33,551 nucleotides of DNA, taken from contig JAYSKW010000419.1 of NCBI GenBank assembly GCA_043726085.1, positions 1 to 33,551 on the forward strand, written 5' to 3'. Positions 1 through 8,998 of the stretch are shown here, one piece after another. The notes below the pieces were generated by a model that ran no database searches, had not been told where the DNA came from, and saw nothing but the letters and a program-made list of their open reading frames with translations. This DNA is from Limnoglobus sp. GTDB taxonomy: Bacteria; Planctomycetota; Planctomycetia; Gemmatales; Gemmataceae. Made by a program: the position numbers and the translations under genes. Position 1 is the first letter of the stretch. Each line of letters starts with the position of its first letter.

Positions 1-111
1 GGCTGCAATGCAGACCACGATGATGAGGGCCAACATGACGGCGTACTCAACCGCGGTTGGGCCATCTTCTTTTTTCAGAAACGTGACGAACTTCTTTGCA
101 ACTGCGTTCAT
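1..111 (-). CDS. flp: Flp family type IVb pilin (partial, runs off window start)
   Basis: Reverse strand from ATG at 111 reads MNAVAKKFVTFLKKEDGPTAVEYAVMLALIIVVCIAA: Flp motif G|PTAVEY followed by a hydrophobic helix. Confidence 0.92.
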   Translation of the reverse strand, partial: MNAVAKKFVTFLKKEDGPTAVEYAVMLALIIVVCIAA

Positions 112-214
112 AACTCGAACCCCTTAAAACGTGGTGATAGAAACAGAGAATAACACCGATGGTTCTCGATCGCGACTGTGCGTTCGACTGGTTCGGGCCG
201 AAGTGGCCCGATAC

Positions 215-412
215 TCAGGACGCCGCCTTAACCGAGGCTGCCGTGTTCAACTCGGCGTTCGCAAAGACACCCGAAGCACTTCCACCGAGAGCCGTTACCG
301 CAGCAATGCAGACCACTATGATCAGTGCCAGCATGACTGCGTACTCGACTGCCGTGGGGCCTTCTTCGTTCTTCAAGAACGCGACGAGGTGCCTGGCGAC
401 TTTCGTCTTCAT
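215..412 (-). CDS. flp: Flp family type IVb pilin (second tandem copy)
   Basis: MKTKVARHLVAFLKNEEGPTAVEYAVMLALIIVVCIAAVTALG..., 65 aa; AGAGG RBS upstream of ATG at 412. Confidence 0.93.
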   Translation of the reverse strand: MKTKVARHLVAFLKNEEGPTAVEYAVMLALIIVVCIAAVTALGGSASGVFANAELNTAASVKAAS

Positions 413-713
413 GGCGCGTACCTCTTGAAACTTGTGGTGGGCATCCAGGACACCAATCTCGCACGGGTCGCGACTCGATGTCACCCGTTGCCCCTTCACG
501 ACGCAACAATAGACCACGCCGCACACGTGTCAAATCCCGCACAAACGATTTTTCGCGCTTATTTCCTGTCGTCGCTACGACGTGCCGAAATTCCCGTCAC
601 CTGTCCGAAAACGGGACGCGAGCCATCGGCTACGATCCTCAAAAAACAGGCGTATATAGGAATTTTCCCGTTCCGGAATGAGCCGCGACGTGGACGTGAG
701 GTGACGTTTCTGA

Positions 714-757
714 AATTAGCCGCGACGCGGAGGCTTTGCGTAGCGGAGCGTGTAGAC
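714..757 (+). repeat. Partial (single-arm) copy of the palindromic repeat at 3451-3570
   Basis: AATTAGCCGCGACGCGGAGGCTTTGCGTAGCGGAGCGTGTAGAC matches the arms of the 3451-3570 element with about 5 mismatches. Confidence 0.75.
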
Positions 758-768
758 GTGAGGTGACA

Positions 769-1275
769 TCATTCCTTACACAATTTCGTGATGTGCTTCA
801 ACACATCGCGTACGGAGATCATGCCTTCAGGTACGCCGCTGGCGCTGACGATCGGCAGGTGGCGATACCCGCCGACGTCCATCTTTCTGAGGGCGAATGC
901 GAGCGGATCGGTGGCCGCAACGGTTTCGGGGTCGCGGGTCATGTAGTCGCCGACACTGCCATTTGTGCCGTTGACAGGCATTTTCGTAAGAAAATCGCGT
1001 TCCGTCAGTATGCCAATTAGACGTTCGTTGGCGTCCGTCACCAATAATGCGCCGACGCCGCCGTCGATCATGCGACGAATCGCCTCTGAAAGCAGGGCAT
1101 CTGCGGGCACGGTCACCGGTTTCTTCGGCGCGAGTATCGCGACCGTGTCGTCCATCAGGCTGCGTTCGACCTTATCGTGCGGCTCGGGACGGTCCAACGC
1201 GGTCAGGTCGAGTAGGCATTTCACGCAAAGATCGGTTCCGGGAAGGTTTAGGTGCGTGCAGGACGGACAATACAT
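769..1275 (-). CDS. CBS-domain pair protein with N-terminal zinc ribbon
   Basis: CPSC..CVKC at N-terminus; CBS motifs LIGILTERD and YRHLPIV...GMISVRD. Confidence 0.9.
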   Translation of the reverse strand: MYCPSCTHLNLPGTDLCVKCLLDLTALDRPEPHDKVERSLMDDTVAILAPKKPVTVPADALLSEAIRRMIDGGVGALLVTDANERLIGILTERDFLTKMPVNGTNGSVGDYMTRDPETVAATDPLAFALRKMDVGGYRHLPIVSASGVPEGMISVRDVLKHITKLCKE

Positions 1276-1464
1276 GGCGGCCTCCGGTTTTACGAACGTG
1301 CTACCTTACAAAATAGGAAATCGGTTGCGTCGATTTTTTTGAATAGCGCAAGTTACTGGCACGGCAACGTTTAGAGTGGTAAGTTCGGCGTACGGCGAAA
1401 ATTCACTCACAACCGACCTTTCGGGTACGTTATAATCTGGGGAAATACCGAAGGAGTCCACATC

Positions 1465-2121
1465 ATGTTTGGGCAATTGCGTAACATCCTGGCAGCGATA
1501 CTACTTACGGCGACCACGGCGGGCGTGGCCGACGCGCAGTACTACAACCCCTGGAACAACGGCTATAACAACGGTTACGGCAACAATAACAACCCGTGGA
1601 ACTACTCGAACCCCTGGCAGTACAACGGGTTCCACAACGGGCCGTACTGGCAGGGCGGCAACAACGGCGTGATCGGCCAACTGCCGAACGGCATCCCGAT
1701 CATCAACCCGTGGGCGCGGCCGAACTACTATCCCGTGCCCGTAAACCCATATGGTTATCAGTTCACGTCGCAATCTCAAACGGGGTATTACAACAACGGC
1801 TACACGAATAGCACGACGTTCTCGCAGACGACGCAGATTGTCCCGAACGGCTTCAACAACCCGTTCTTGCAGCCTGGATTTGCTCAACGCGAGGCGGGGG
1901 CTGTGATTCCAGTCGGTCGCAACCTCGCGGTGAATCCCGTTACCGGGACGGTCGTTCGACCGTTGAGCGGCATCGCAACCACACGAGAAGGCACGTTCTA
2001 CCAAGTCCCTGGCACCGGCTCATTCTCGCCGTGGGGCGCATACATTCCCGGCTCGGGAACCTACGTGAACCCCTTCACGGGAACGACCTACAACCCGACA
2101 ACGGGTTTGATCGTACGATGA
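1465..2121 (+). CDS. Secreted Asn/Gly/Tyr/Pro-rich hypothetical protein
   Basis: Signal peptide ending ADA|Q, AAGGAG RBS, TATAAT at 1431-1436; low-complexity N/G/Y/W/P region then repeated NPxTG motifs. Confidence 0.8.
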   Translation: MFGQLRNILAAILLTATTAGVADAQYYNPWNNGYNNGYGNNNNPWNYSNPWQYNGFHNGPYWQGGNNGVIGQLPNGIPIINPWARPNYYPVPVNPYGYQFTSQSQTGYYNNGYTNSTTFSQTTQIVPNGFNNPFLQPGFAQREAGAVIPVGRNLAVNPVTGTVVRPLSGIATTREGTFYQVPGTGSFSPWGAYIPGSGTYVNPFTGTTYNPTTGLIVR

Positions 2122-3482
2122 ACCCGGATGAGTCAACGGTTTTCGCGAAGGCGAGTACGGTGCCCGATTCGGTTCCGGCTCGCTTCCTCTCGGATCGCAC
2201 GTTGCGGCGGGCATTTCTGTTTGGCATCGCGTTCCTGTGCCTGTTCACTGCCATCAAGTATTACGCGAAGGCGGAGAAGCCGAGTCGCCTCGGCGACCAG
2301 ACGCGCACGGCGTTCTTACGTTGGCGACCGCAGGTTCTCGCGCTCGATAACGGGCGAAATATCTACGACGAATTCCGCTACCCGAACCCGCCGATCATGG
2401 CGCTGATCTTGCGTCCGTTCATGGAACTGTCGCCGCTCGCCGGCGCGATGGTGTGGTTTTTCGCAAAGGTCGGTATGGCGATCGCGATGATCGTCTGGAC
2501 GTTTCGCTTGCTCGCGGTGCCCGTGGCCGATTGGGTGAAGGGCCTCGCGATCGCGCTGAGTTTGCACCCGATTCTCGGCGACTTGGCGCACGGCAACGTC
2601 AATTTGTTCATCTCGTTCATCGTCGTCGGTGCGCTCGAGTGCTTCCGTCGCCGTTGGGATTTCACCGTCGGCCTCGCAATCGGTTTAGCAATTGCTTGCA
2701 AAGTCACACCTGCACTGTTCGTGCCGTACTTCCTCTGGAAGCGCGCCTGGAGGGCGCTCGCCGGGGTGATCGTCGGTTCGATGTTGTGGCTCGCGATCTT
2801 GCCGGGTGGCGTGCTCGGCTGGGAGTATAACCGCGTGCTGCTGACGAGTTGGTTCGAGCATATGGTGAAGCCGTTCGCGATCGATGGCAAAGTGACGACC
2901 GAACACCCGAACCAGTCGATTCCCGGAGTCGTGTTTCGCTTGCTCACCGCCGAACCATCGTTCCTCGAATACGACCCCGAAGACGGCCAGCCGATATCGT
3001 CGGAGTTCCACAATCTCGCCGACGTCGGCCCGGTGAACGCGAAGCGGATCGTGCAACTGGCGATGCTGCTATTCGCGCTCGTCATCGTCGCGTTGTGTCG
3101 TTGGCCGACGCACCGTGCGAACGTGCCACGGGCGGGGCCGCAACTCGTTGCCGAGTACGGCCTGATACTCATCGGCATGTTGTTGTTCAGCGAGCGAACG
3201 TGGAAGCATCACGCGGTGGCATTGATCGTGCCATTCAGCGCGATCTGCTGGGCGATTGGCAGTACGCATTTCTCGAAGCGAACGCGAATCGGCATCGGCG
3301 CGATCTTCATCATCGCCGTGGCGCTGATGTGGCTTCCGAGCTTCATGGGGTCGGAATCGCAAGACATGGCACTCGTCTACGGCACACATACGATGGCATT
3401 CGTATTAACCGTCGCATCGCTGATGGGGATCTTAATTAACCGCGACGCGATTACAATTAGCCGCGACGCGGAGTCCTCGTAG
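2118..3482 (+). CDS. Glycosyltransferase family 87 (DUF2029) membrane protein
   Basis: ATGA overlap with upstream stop; YPNPP, GNVNL, ACKVTP, NQS, ERTWKHH motifs and many TM helices. Confidence 0.85.
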   Translation: MNPDESTVFAKASTVPDSVPARFLSDRTLRRAFLFGIAFLCLFTAIKYYAKAEKPSRLGDQTRTAFLRWRPQVLALDNGRNIYDEFRYPNPPIMALILRPFMELSPLAGAMVWFFAKVGMAIAMIVWTFRLLAVPVADWVKGLAIALSLHPILGDLAHGNVNLFISFIVVGALECFRRRWDFTVGLAIGLAIACKVTPALFVPYFLWKRAWRALAGVIVGSMLWLAILPGGVLGWEYNRVLLTSWFEHMVKPFAIDGKVTTEHPNQSIPGVVFRLLTAEPSFLEYDPEDGQPISSEFHNLADVGPVNAKRIVQLAMLLFALVIVALCRWPTHRANVPRAGPQLVAEYGLILIGMLLFSERTWKHHAVALIVPFSAICWAIGSTHFSKRTRIGIGAIFIIAVALMWLPSFMGSESQDMALVYGTHTMAFVLTVASLMGILINRDAITISRDAESS

Positions 3483-3570
3483 CGGAGCGCGTGGACTGCA
3501 CGCATCACCGATAATGGGTGCAGTCCACGCGATCCGCTTCGCAAAGCCTTCGCGTCGCGGCTAATTGTAA
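3451..3570. repeat. ~120-bp palindromic (REPIN/MITE-like) element between convergent genes
   Basis: Perfect 20-bp IR TTACAATTAGCCGCGACGCG (3451-3470)/(3551-3570) plus inner IR CGCGTGGACTGCAC/GTGCAGTCCACGCG. Confidence 0.85.
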
Positions 3571-3581
3571 ATCGCGGATAA

Positions 3582-4460
3582 TTACGGCATGTCGTCGGCG
3601 CGACCGAGCGAGGCGTCGAAGCGATGTAGGCCGGCGCGGACGCGGCCATCGTCGTTCTGATAAATGTCGTCGTTGTTGGGGCCGACGGTGGTTTTTGTCA
3701 AAAATTGCACGAACCCACCCGCGAAGAGTACGTTTTGGCCGCGACCGTGTGCAGAGGGTGCGTCGGCGGACACCGGCGTCAGATCCTCATCGGCAATCGG
3801 GCACTTTTTCAGTCCCATCAACTGCCCGGCGGGATTGCGGTAGCCGAGCGTGTACACGTAACTGACGGGGGAAGTCGCGTCGGTATGCGCAGGGCAAACG
3901 GCGCGATTCGTGGCGGACAATTGGCCCGCCTCGGTGAGCGCGACAACGAAGTCCCCGGCGCGCGGCGCATCGGGCGTGCCCACCTTCGGGAAATTGCCAT
4001 CGTGTAGGTCGGAATACCGGCTGAGACTCGCGTAAAGTGTCTGAAGATTATTCTTGCAGGCGGCGACTTGGTTCTCGAAGCGCAGCTTGGAAACCGCCGT
4101 GGCGACTAACCCGAACATGAGAAACGCGATCGAAGCCGCGATTGCAATTTCCACATAGCGGGCTGACCAAAACCGCGTGTCGCTCCCCGTGCGAGGCACC
4201 GGAGGTAGCGTTTCAACGGACGGTTCGGCATCGGGCATACCATGCTGAACGGCGTACTCGGCGGTGCGAATGATCGCGGCCATCGCGAGGCCGGGCGGCG
4301 GCAGGTCTGGCTCGGCGTCGGCTTCGAGCACGGCGAACATCTTACGAACGCGCCGTACCTTTTCCGCATCGGCGGGGTGGGTGCGAATGTACGCCGTAAC
4401 CGTCGCCATCTCGGCGTCGGACAGGGCGTTCAGGGCATATCCGACGAGTAAATCGTCCAT
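3582..4460 (-). CDS. Putative anti-sigma factor with TM helix and DUF1559/H-X9-DG-like C-terminal domain
   Basis: N-term DLLVGYALNALS anti-sigma-like; TM segment; ACKNNLQ and HGRGQNVLFAGGFV motifs; directly downstream of ECF sigma. Confidence 0.7.
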   Translation of the reverse strand: MDDLLVGYALNALSDAEMATVTAYIRTHPADAEKVRRVRKMFAVLEADAEPDLPPPGLAMAAIIRTAEYAVQHGMPDAEPSVETLPPVPRTGSDTRFWSARYVEIAIAASIAFLMFGLVATAVSKLRFENQVAACKNNLQTLYASLSRYSDLHDGNFPKVGTPDAPRAGDFVVALTEAGQLSATNRAVCPAHTDATSPVSYVYTLGYRNPAGQLMGLKKCPIADEDLTPVSADAPSAHGRGQNVLFAGGFVQFLTKTTVGPNNDDIYQNDDGRVRAGLHRFDASLGRADDMP

Positions 4461-4464
4461 CGAA

Positions 4465-5094
4465 TCACTCCGATAAACCGCCGGTGGCGGCGGACTTCAT
4501 CCAAATTTCCGTCAACTTCGCCATCGCCGAGTTCAACCGCGACTTCACCGTACCGAGCGGAATGCCCAGCACCTCGGCAATGTCCTGATATTTGAACCCT
4601 TGAAAGTAAGAAAGCACAATCACCTGCTTGTGCAGGTCCGTCAACTGATCGACGGCCCCGCGCACCTGCTGACTCAGTTCGTCGCTGACGGCCAGTTCCG
4701 CCGGGTCGGACTCGCGGGAGGCGAGCAGTTCAAACAGCGTCCTCGCCTTCGCATCGTCGCCGCCGGTCGGCAGCGGATCGGTGGTGCGTTCGGATCGCCG
4801 CTTCTGTTTGCGCAGCGAATCGATGGCCTGATTCGTCGCGATCGCATACAGCCAAGGCCGCACCGCACGGCCGGGTTCGTATTGTTGAATCTTCGTGAAC
4901 ACCGCAACGAACGTATTTTGAAACACATCGGCCGCGAGTTCCGCATCGCCGAGATAGCGGCGTAGGTAGCCGTACAGTTCGCGTTCGTAGCGCCGTACCA
5001 GCGTCCCGAACCACTCGCGATCGCCGTCGCGCAGTCGTACGAGGAGCTGCTCATCCGTCATTTCGTCCGAGGAATCGAAGCTGGAATGGGCCAC
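4465..5094 (-). CDS. ECF RNA polymerase sigma-70 factor
   Basis: Region 2 (AADVFQNTF, WLYAIATNQAID) and region 4 (YQDIAEVLGIPLGTVKSRL). Start may be ATG at 5061. Confidence 0.95.
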   Translation of the reverse strand: MAHSSFDSSDEMTDEQLLVRLRDGDREWFGTLVRRYERELYGYLRRYLGDAELAADVFQNTFVAVFTKIQQYEPGRAVRPWLYAIATNQAIDSLRKQKRRSERTTDPLPTGGDDAKARTLFELLASRESDPAELAVSDELSQQVRGAVDQLTDLHKQVIVLSYFQGFKYQDIAEVLGIPLGTVKSRLNSAMAKLTEIWMKSAATGGLSE

Positions 5095-5315
5095 CGCTAA
5101 ACTATACGCCGTGAGTTTGCAAACGGTTCACTACGGTTCGTAATAGGAACGGCAAGAGAGTTGGACAGCGTTCGGGACTGCTTTGCGTCGACGGAATCGA
5201 CACCCGATTTCCGGAGTCGCACACCCAGCTACCAAATACGAAGCCAGGGCCATTGGCCTTGCACCCACTCCTCGCGATCTCCTGTACAATGTCGCTAACA
5301 CCGAGGGTCGAATCC

Positions 5316-5609
5316 ATGGAAATCGCTGTACTAGTCGAGCCATCGCCAACGGGCTACCGCGCGTCCACGCAAAGCCCCGTACCGCTCGCTGCCGAAGGCG
5401 CTACGGAATTCGCAGCCATGAATGCGTTGAACGTGGCCCTACGAAAGCGGTTGCAAAACGGCGGGAAGATCCGGACGCTGACGCTGACGGATACGGAGAC
5501 GACAGAGGAAATCTGCGCACGAATGCGCGCGAATCCACTCTATGCCGAATACGAGCAGGCGATTGAGGACTACCGGAAGGTAGCGAACGCCGTCGAGGAT
5601 GCAGAGTGA
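5316..5609 (+). CDS. Small HicB-like / putative antitoxin protein
   Basis: MEIAVLVEPSPTGYRA...AEGATEFAAMNAL resembles HicB-type beta-beta-beta-alpha N-terminus; GAGGG RBS; overlaps a PIN-like start. Confidence 0.55.
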   Translation: MEIAVLVEPSPTGYRASTQSPVPLAAEGATEFAAMNALNVALRKRLQNGGKIRTLTLTDTETTEEICARMRANPLYAEYEQAIEDYRKVANAVEDAE

Positions 5610-5709
5610 TGGCTATCTGTTGGACACTACTACACCACGTCGCTTGTTTTCTTATGTAGCTGGCCTCTATGAGGCCGGTTGGATGCAGCCACTCCCACGG
5701 GGCTCGTAA
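5599..5709 (+). pseudogene. Truncated PIN/VapC-like toxin remnant
   Basis: MQSDGYLLDTT... (PIN first-strand YLLDT motif) overlapping upstream stop; only 36 aa and runs into a GTAG-REP-like hairpin. Confidence 0.5.
5656..5678 (+). repeat. GTAG-type REP-like hairpin
   Basis: GTAG-CTGGCCTC-TAT-GAGGCCGG: GTAG tetramer followed by an imperfect palindrome. Confidence 0.5.
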
Positions 5710-5843
5710 GGCGTGTGGTGGTTCGATTTGAACGGTGTCATTTTTTCTTGTGCGGCATCGCCCATATCCCGAACACTTCAGCGTTCAAATCATAAGATTC
5801 GACGGTACGCGGTGCGGTCTCACTTTTCCTACGAGATGTGCGA

Positions 5844-8135
5844 ATGAGCCTGAGCTATTGGCTAACGCGAGCGATACTCGGGCGACGACGGCCGGTCGTC
5901 TCTGGCGAGGTGCGGATACCGGGCATCGAACAGCCGATCACGATCCGCCGCGACCGTTACGGCGTGCCGTGCATCGAAGCGGAGAACGACCGCGATGCGA
6001 TGTTCGGCGCGGGTTACATGCAGGGGCAAGATCGCGCGTTTCAACTGGAAACGCAGTTGCGGGTGGTCCGTGGCACGCTCTCCGAACTCGTCGGTGCGAA
6101 GGGCCTGCCGGTCGATCGCATGAGCCGACGCATCGGCTTCCACCGTGCCGCGGTCGCGCAGTTTGCGGTCATCGATGCGGACGTCCAAGCCTCGTTGACC
6201 GCGTTTACGGCGGGGGTGAATGCGGGCCGCTCGGTGGGGTTGCCGAAGAAACCGCACGAACTCGCGATTCTCGGCGGCGAGTTCACGCCGTACGAGGGCA
6301 GCGACGTTCTCGGCATCGTGAAGTTGCAATCGTTCGCACTGCCGTCGAACTGGGATTGCGAACTCGCCCGCCTGCGGATTCTGCGCGACGACGGCATCGA
6401 TGCGCTCCGCGCCGTCGACGCGATTCCGTATTCGCACGATGCGACTACAACCGTTCACACGTCGCTTCTCGATGCGCTCGGCAAGGATTTGGCGCTATTT
6501 GAACAATACGTGCCGCGCGGGGGTGGCTCGAACAACTGGGTCGTCGGTTCGCAACGATCCGCGACGGGCAAGCCACTGTTGGCGAGCGATCCGCACCTTG
6601 GGCCGACGATCCCGCCCCCGTGGTATTTGGCGCACATCAACACGCCGGAGTGGGCCGTCGTCGGGGCGATGCTCGCGGGCGCGCCGGTCTTCCCGATCGG
6701 GCACAACGGCTTCGCCTGTTGGGGTGTGACGGCCGGACTGACCGACAACACCGACCTGTTTATCGAGTCGGTCGATAGCGATGGCGTGATCCCCGGTGCG
6801 GAACTGATTCGCGAAGTGATCCACATTAAAGGCGCGAGCGATTTTGAGGAATGGGTATTCGTGACGCCGCGCGGGCCGATCATCACGCCGTTACTCGAAG
6901 GCGTGCCGGAAGCGATCTCGATGCGGGCCGTGTGGCTCGATCCGCTACCGGTTCGCGGCTTCTTCGATGCCCCCCGCGCGCGTTCGTTTGAAGCGTTCCG
7001 CCAGCCATTCGCCGCGTGGCCGCACTTGCCACTGAACGTCGTGTATGCGGACGAAACCGGCGAATTTGGCTGGCAACTCGTCGGCACGTTGCCGCAGCGA
7101 AAGCACGGCCACGGCACGATACCGCTCCCCGCGAACGGCCCGAATGTCGGCTGGGAAACGCAGCATTTGCCGTTCGAGCAAATGCCGTTCATCCGCAACC
7201 CCGAAGCCGGTTTCTACGGCACCGCGAACGCCATCCCCGCCGGTGCCGACCGCGTCTTCCTCGGCGTCGATTTCATCGACGGGTACCGCGAAGCGATCAT
7301 CCGCGACGAACTCGCCAAACGCACCGATTGGGATCTCGCCGGGCTACGCGCACTCCAACTCAGCGTCCGTTCGTTACCCTGGGAACAGATCCGCGACATC
7401 GTACTGTCACTGACTTCCAGCGAACCCGATGCGGCGCTCGGCCTCACGGTACTCCGCGACTGGAACGGGCACGCCATGGCCGACTCCGCCGGTGCCGCCG
7501 TGTACGAATTGTTCGTTACCGAACTCTGCGTCCGAGTGGCGAAAGCGAAGGCACCGAAGAGTTGGCAGACCGTCCTCGGCGGCGAAGGCAAAGGCCCGCT
7601 CGCACACAATTTATTCTCGGAACGTCGCGTGGGGCATTTGGTGTATCTGCTGCAAACGCAGCCGAAAGGCTGGTTCGAGCACTCGTGGGCAGACGAGATG
7701 ATCGACGTGCTGACAACGGTGATCCGTCAGTTACGCAAGACCGCCGGCCCCGGCCCCGCGTTCTGGGTGTGGGGCGAAATGCGGCAACTGCGGTTCGAGC
7801 ATTTGTTGTTCGGGAAGACGCCATTCGGCAGGCTGTTCAACGTCGGTCCGGTGCCAATCGGCGGCGACTCGAACACCGTCAGTCAGGCGGGCGTTCGCCC
7901 ACTCGCGCCGCTCGATTTCACGCACAACATCGCGAATTTACGCACGACCTTCGACGTAACCGATTGGTCGAACAGCCGCTTCGTGCTCGCCGGCGGCCAA
8001 AGTGGCAACCCACTGTCACCGCACTACGCCGACCAATTCGAGCTATGGCAAAAGGGTGAAGGCATCCCGATCGCCTGGCGCGCCGACGACGTCATCCGCA
8101 GTGCCGTAACTTCGTTACGGCTGCTGCCGATGTAG
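5844..8135 (+). CDS. Penicillin acylase family Ntn-hydrolase (peptidase S45)
   Basis: ITIRRDRYGVPCI, QDRAFQ, autocleavage GG|SNNWVV, LASDPHL, GQSGNPLSPHYADQ. Confidence 0.95.
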   Translation: MSLSYWLTRAILGRRRPVVSGEVRIPGIEQPITIRRDRYGVPCIEAENDRDAMFGAGYMQGQDRAFQLETQLRVVRGTLSELVGAKGLPVDRMSRRIGFHRAAVAQFAVIDADVQASLTAFTAGVNAGRSVGLPKKPHELAILGGEFTPYEGSDVLGIVKLQSFALPSNWDCELARLRILRDDGIDALRAVDAIPYSHDATTTVHTSLLDALGKDLALFEQYVPRGGGSNNWVVGSQRSATGKPLLASDPHLGPTIPPPWYLAHINTPEWAVVGAMLAGAPVFPIGHNGFACWGVTAGLTDNTDLFIESVDSDGVIPGAELIREVIHIKGASDFEEWVFVTPRGPIITPLLEGVPEAISMRAVWLDPLPVRGFFDAPRARSFEAFRQPFAAWPHLPLNVVYADETGEFGWQLVGTLPQRKHGHGTIPLPANGPNVGWETQHLPFEQMPFIRNPEAGFYGTANAIPAGADRVFLGVDFIDGYREAIIRDELAKRTDWDLAGLRALQLSVRSLPWEQIRDIVLSLTSSEPDAALGLTVLRDWNGHAMADSAGAAVYELFVTELCVRVAKAKAPKSWQTVLGGEGKGPLAHNLFSERRVGHLVYLLQTQPKGWFEHSWADEMIDVLTTVIRQLRKTAGPGPAFWVWGEMRQLRFEHLLFGKTPFGRLFNVGPVPIGGDSNTVSQAGVRPLAPLDFTHNIANLRTTFDVTDWSNSRFVLAGGQSGNPLSPHYADQFELWQKGEGIPIAWRADDVIRSAVTSLRLLPM

Positions 8136-8152
8136 GCGAATCTTCGTATCCG

Positions 8153-8170
8153 CGAAGTCTCACGACTTCG
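8153..8170. repeat. Short REP-like hairpin / possible bidirectional terminator between convergent genes
   Basis: CGAAGTC-TCAC-GACTTCG perfect 7-bp stem. Confidence 0.4.
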
Positions 8171-8171
8171 A

Positions 8172-8927
8172 CTATTCGCGGTCCCACATTTCATCGGTCG
8201 TGCCGAAATCGAAGATGTTCTCCGCGTCGCGCAGCGCAATCACATTTGCGGCATCGCCGGAGGCGTTGCGGGTGGTTTCGGTGATGGCGACAACGTGGCC
8301 GTCGACGAACAGGATGTTCACGATGCGACCGAACAGGCGATGGTGAACCGTGGGTCGGCGATCCGATGGCGGCAGGCAGTATGGGACTTCGATCATTTGC
8401 GGAACGCTCGGATCGACATCGACGGCGTTGAGGAACATGACGGTCTGACTGGTGCTGCGAACGGTCGGCATTTTCACCGGCGACCAACGGCCCGTGACGG
8501 CGGGGAGCGCCACGCTGAGCGGGGCGAGGTAGCGATAATTGTAGCCGTACCCGCCGGTGAGACCGTCGACGGTCAGCCGCACTTTTCCCGGCGCTTTCGC
8601 GGGGCTTTGCAGCGCCGAGGCGTTGTTCTCCATGTACGGCATCAGGTGCCCGCCGGCGGTTTCGAGCGTGCCATCGCTGCGTTGCAAAGCGAACCACCAC
8701 CGGATGCCCGCCGGGTCCGGCGTGAAGATCGGCGGCAGCGTCTCGGCATTCGTCGAAGCGTAATTGTGGACCGCGAGGCCGAGTTGTTTGAGGTTGTTCT
8801 GGTCGTGCAATCGCGACGCCGCCGCCCGTACTTTTTGCACCGCCGGCAACAACAACCCGATGAGAATCGCGATGATCGCGATGACGACGAGCAGCTCGAT
8901 GAGTGAAAAGCCACGGCGGTTCGGCAT
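8172..8927 (-). CDS. DUF1559 prepilin-type N-terminal cleavage/methylation and H-X9-DG domain protein
   Basis: RRG|[56 protein letters not shown]. Confidence 0.95.
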   Translation of the reverse strand: MPNRRGFSLIELLVVIAIIAILIGLLLPAVQKVRAAASRLHDQNNLKQLGLAVHNYASTNAETLPPIFTPDPAGIRWWFALQRSDGTLETAGGHLMPYMENNASALQSPAKAPGKVRLTVDGLTGGYGYNYRYLAPLSVALPAVTGRWSPVKMPTVRSTSQTVMFLNAVDVDPSVPQMIEVPYCLPPSDRRPTVHHRLFGRIVNILFVDGHVVAITETTRNASGDAANVIALRDAENIFDFGTTDEMWDRE

Positions 8928-8998
8928 GAGATTCCGCTCTTGACAGCCACGCTCGATTCTCGCTACGTGCGACAAACCCTGCATTGGAGAATCGTTGT

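Noticed and set aside
131-766. 211-aa plus-strand ORF
   Set aside because: Antisense to flp and spans intergenic repeats; no recognisable motif.
7016-8059. 347-aa alternative-frame ORF inside the acylase
   Set aside because: Typical stop-poor alternative frame in high-GC DNA.
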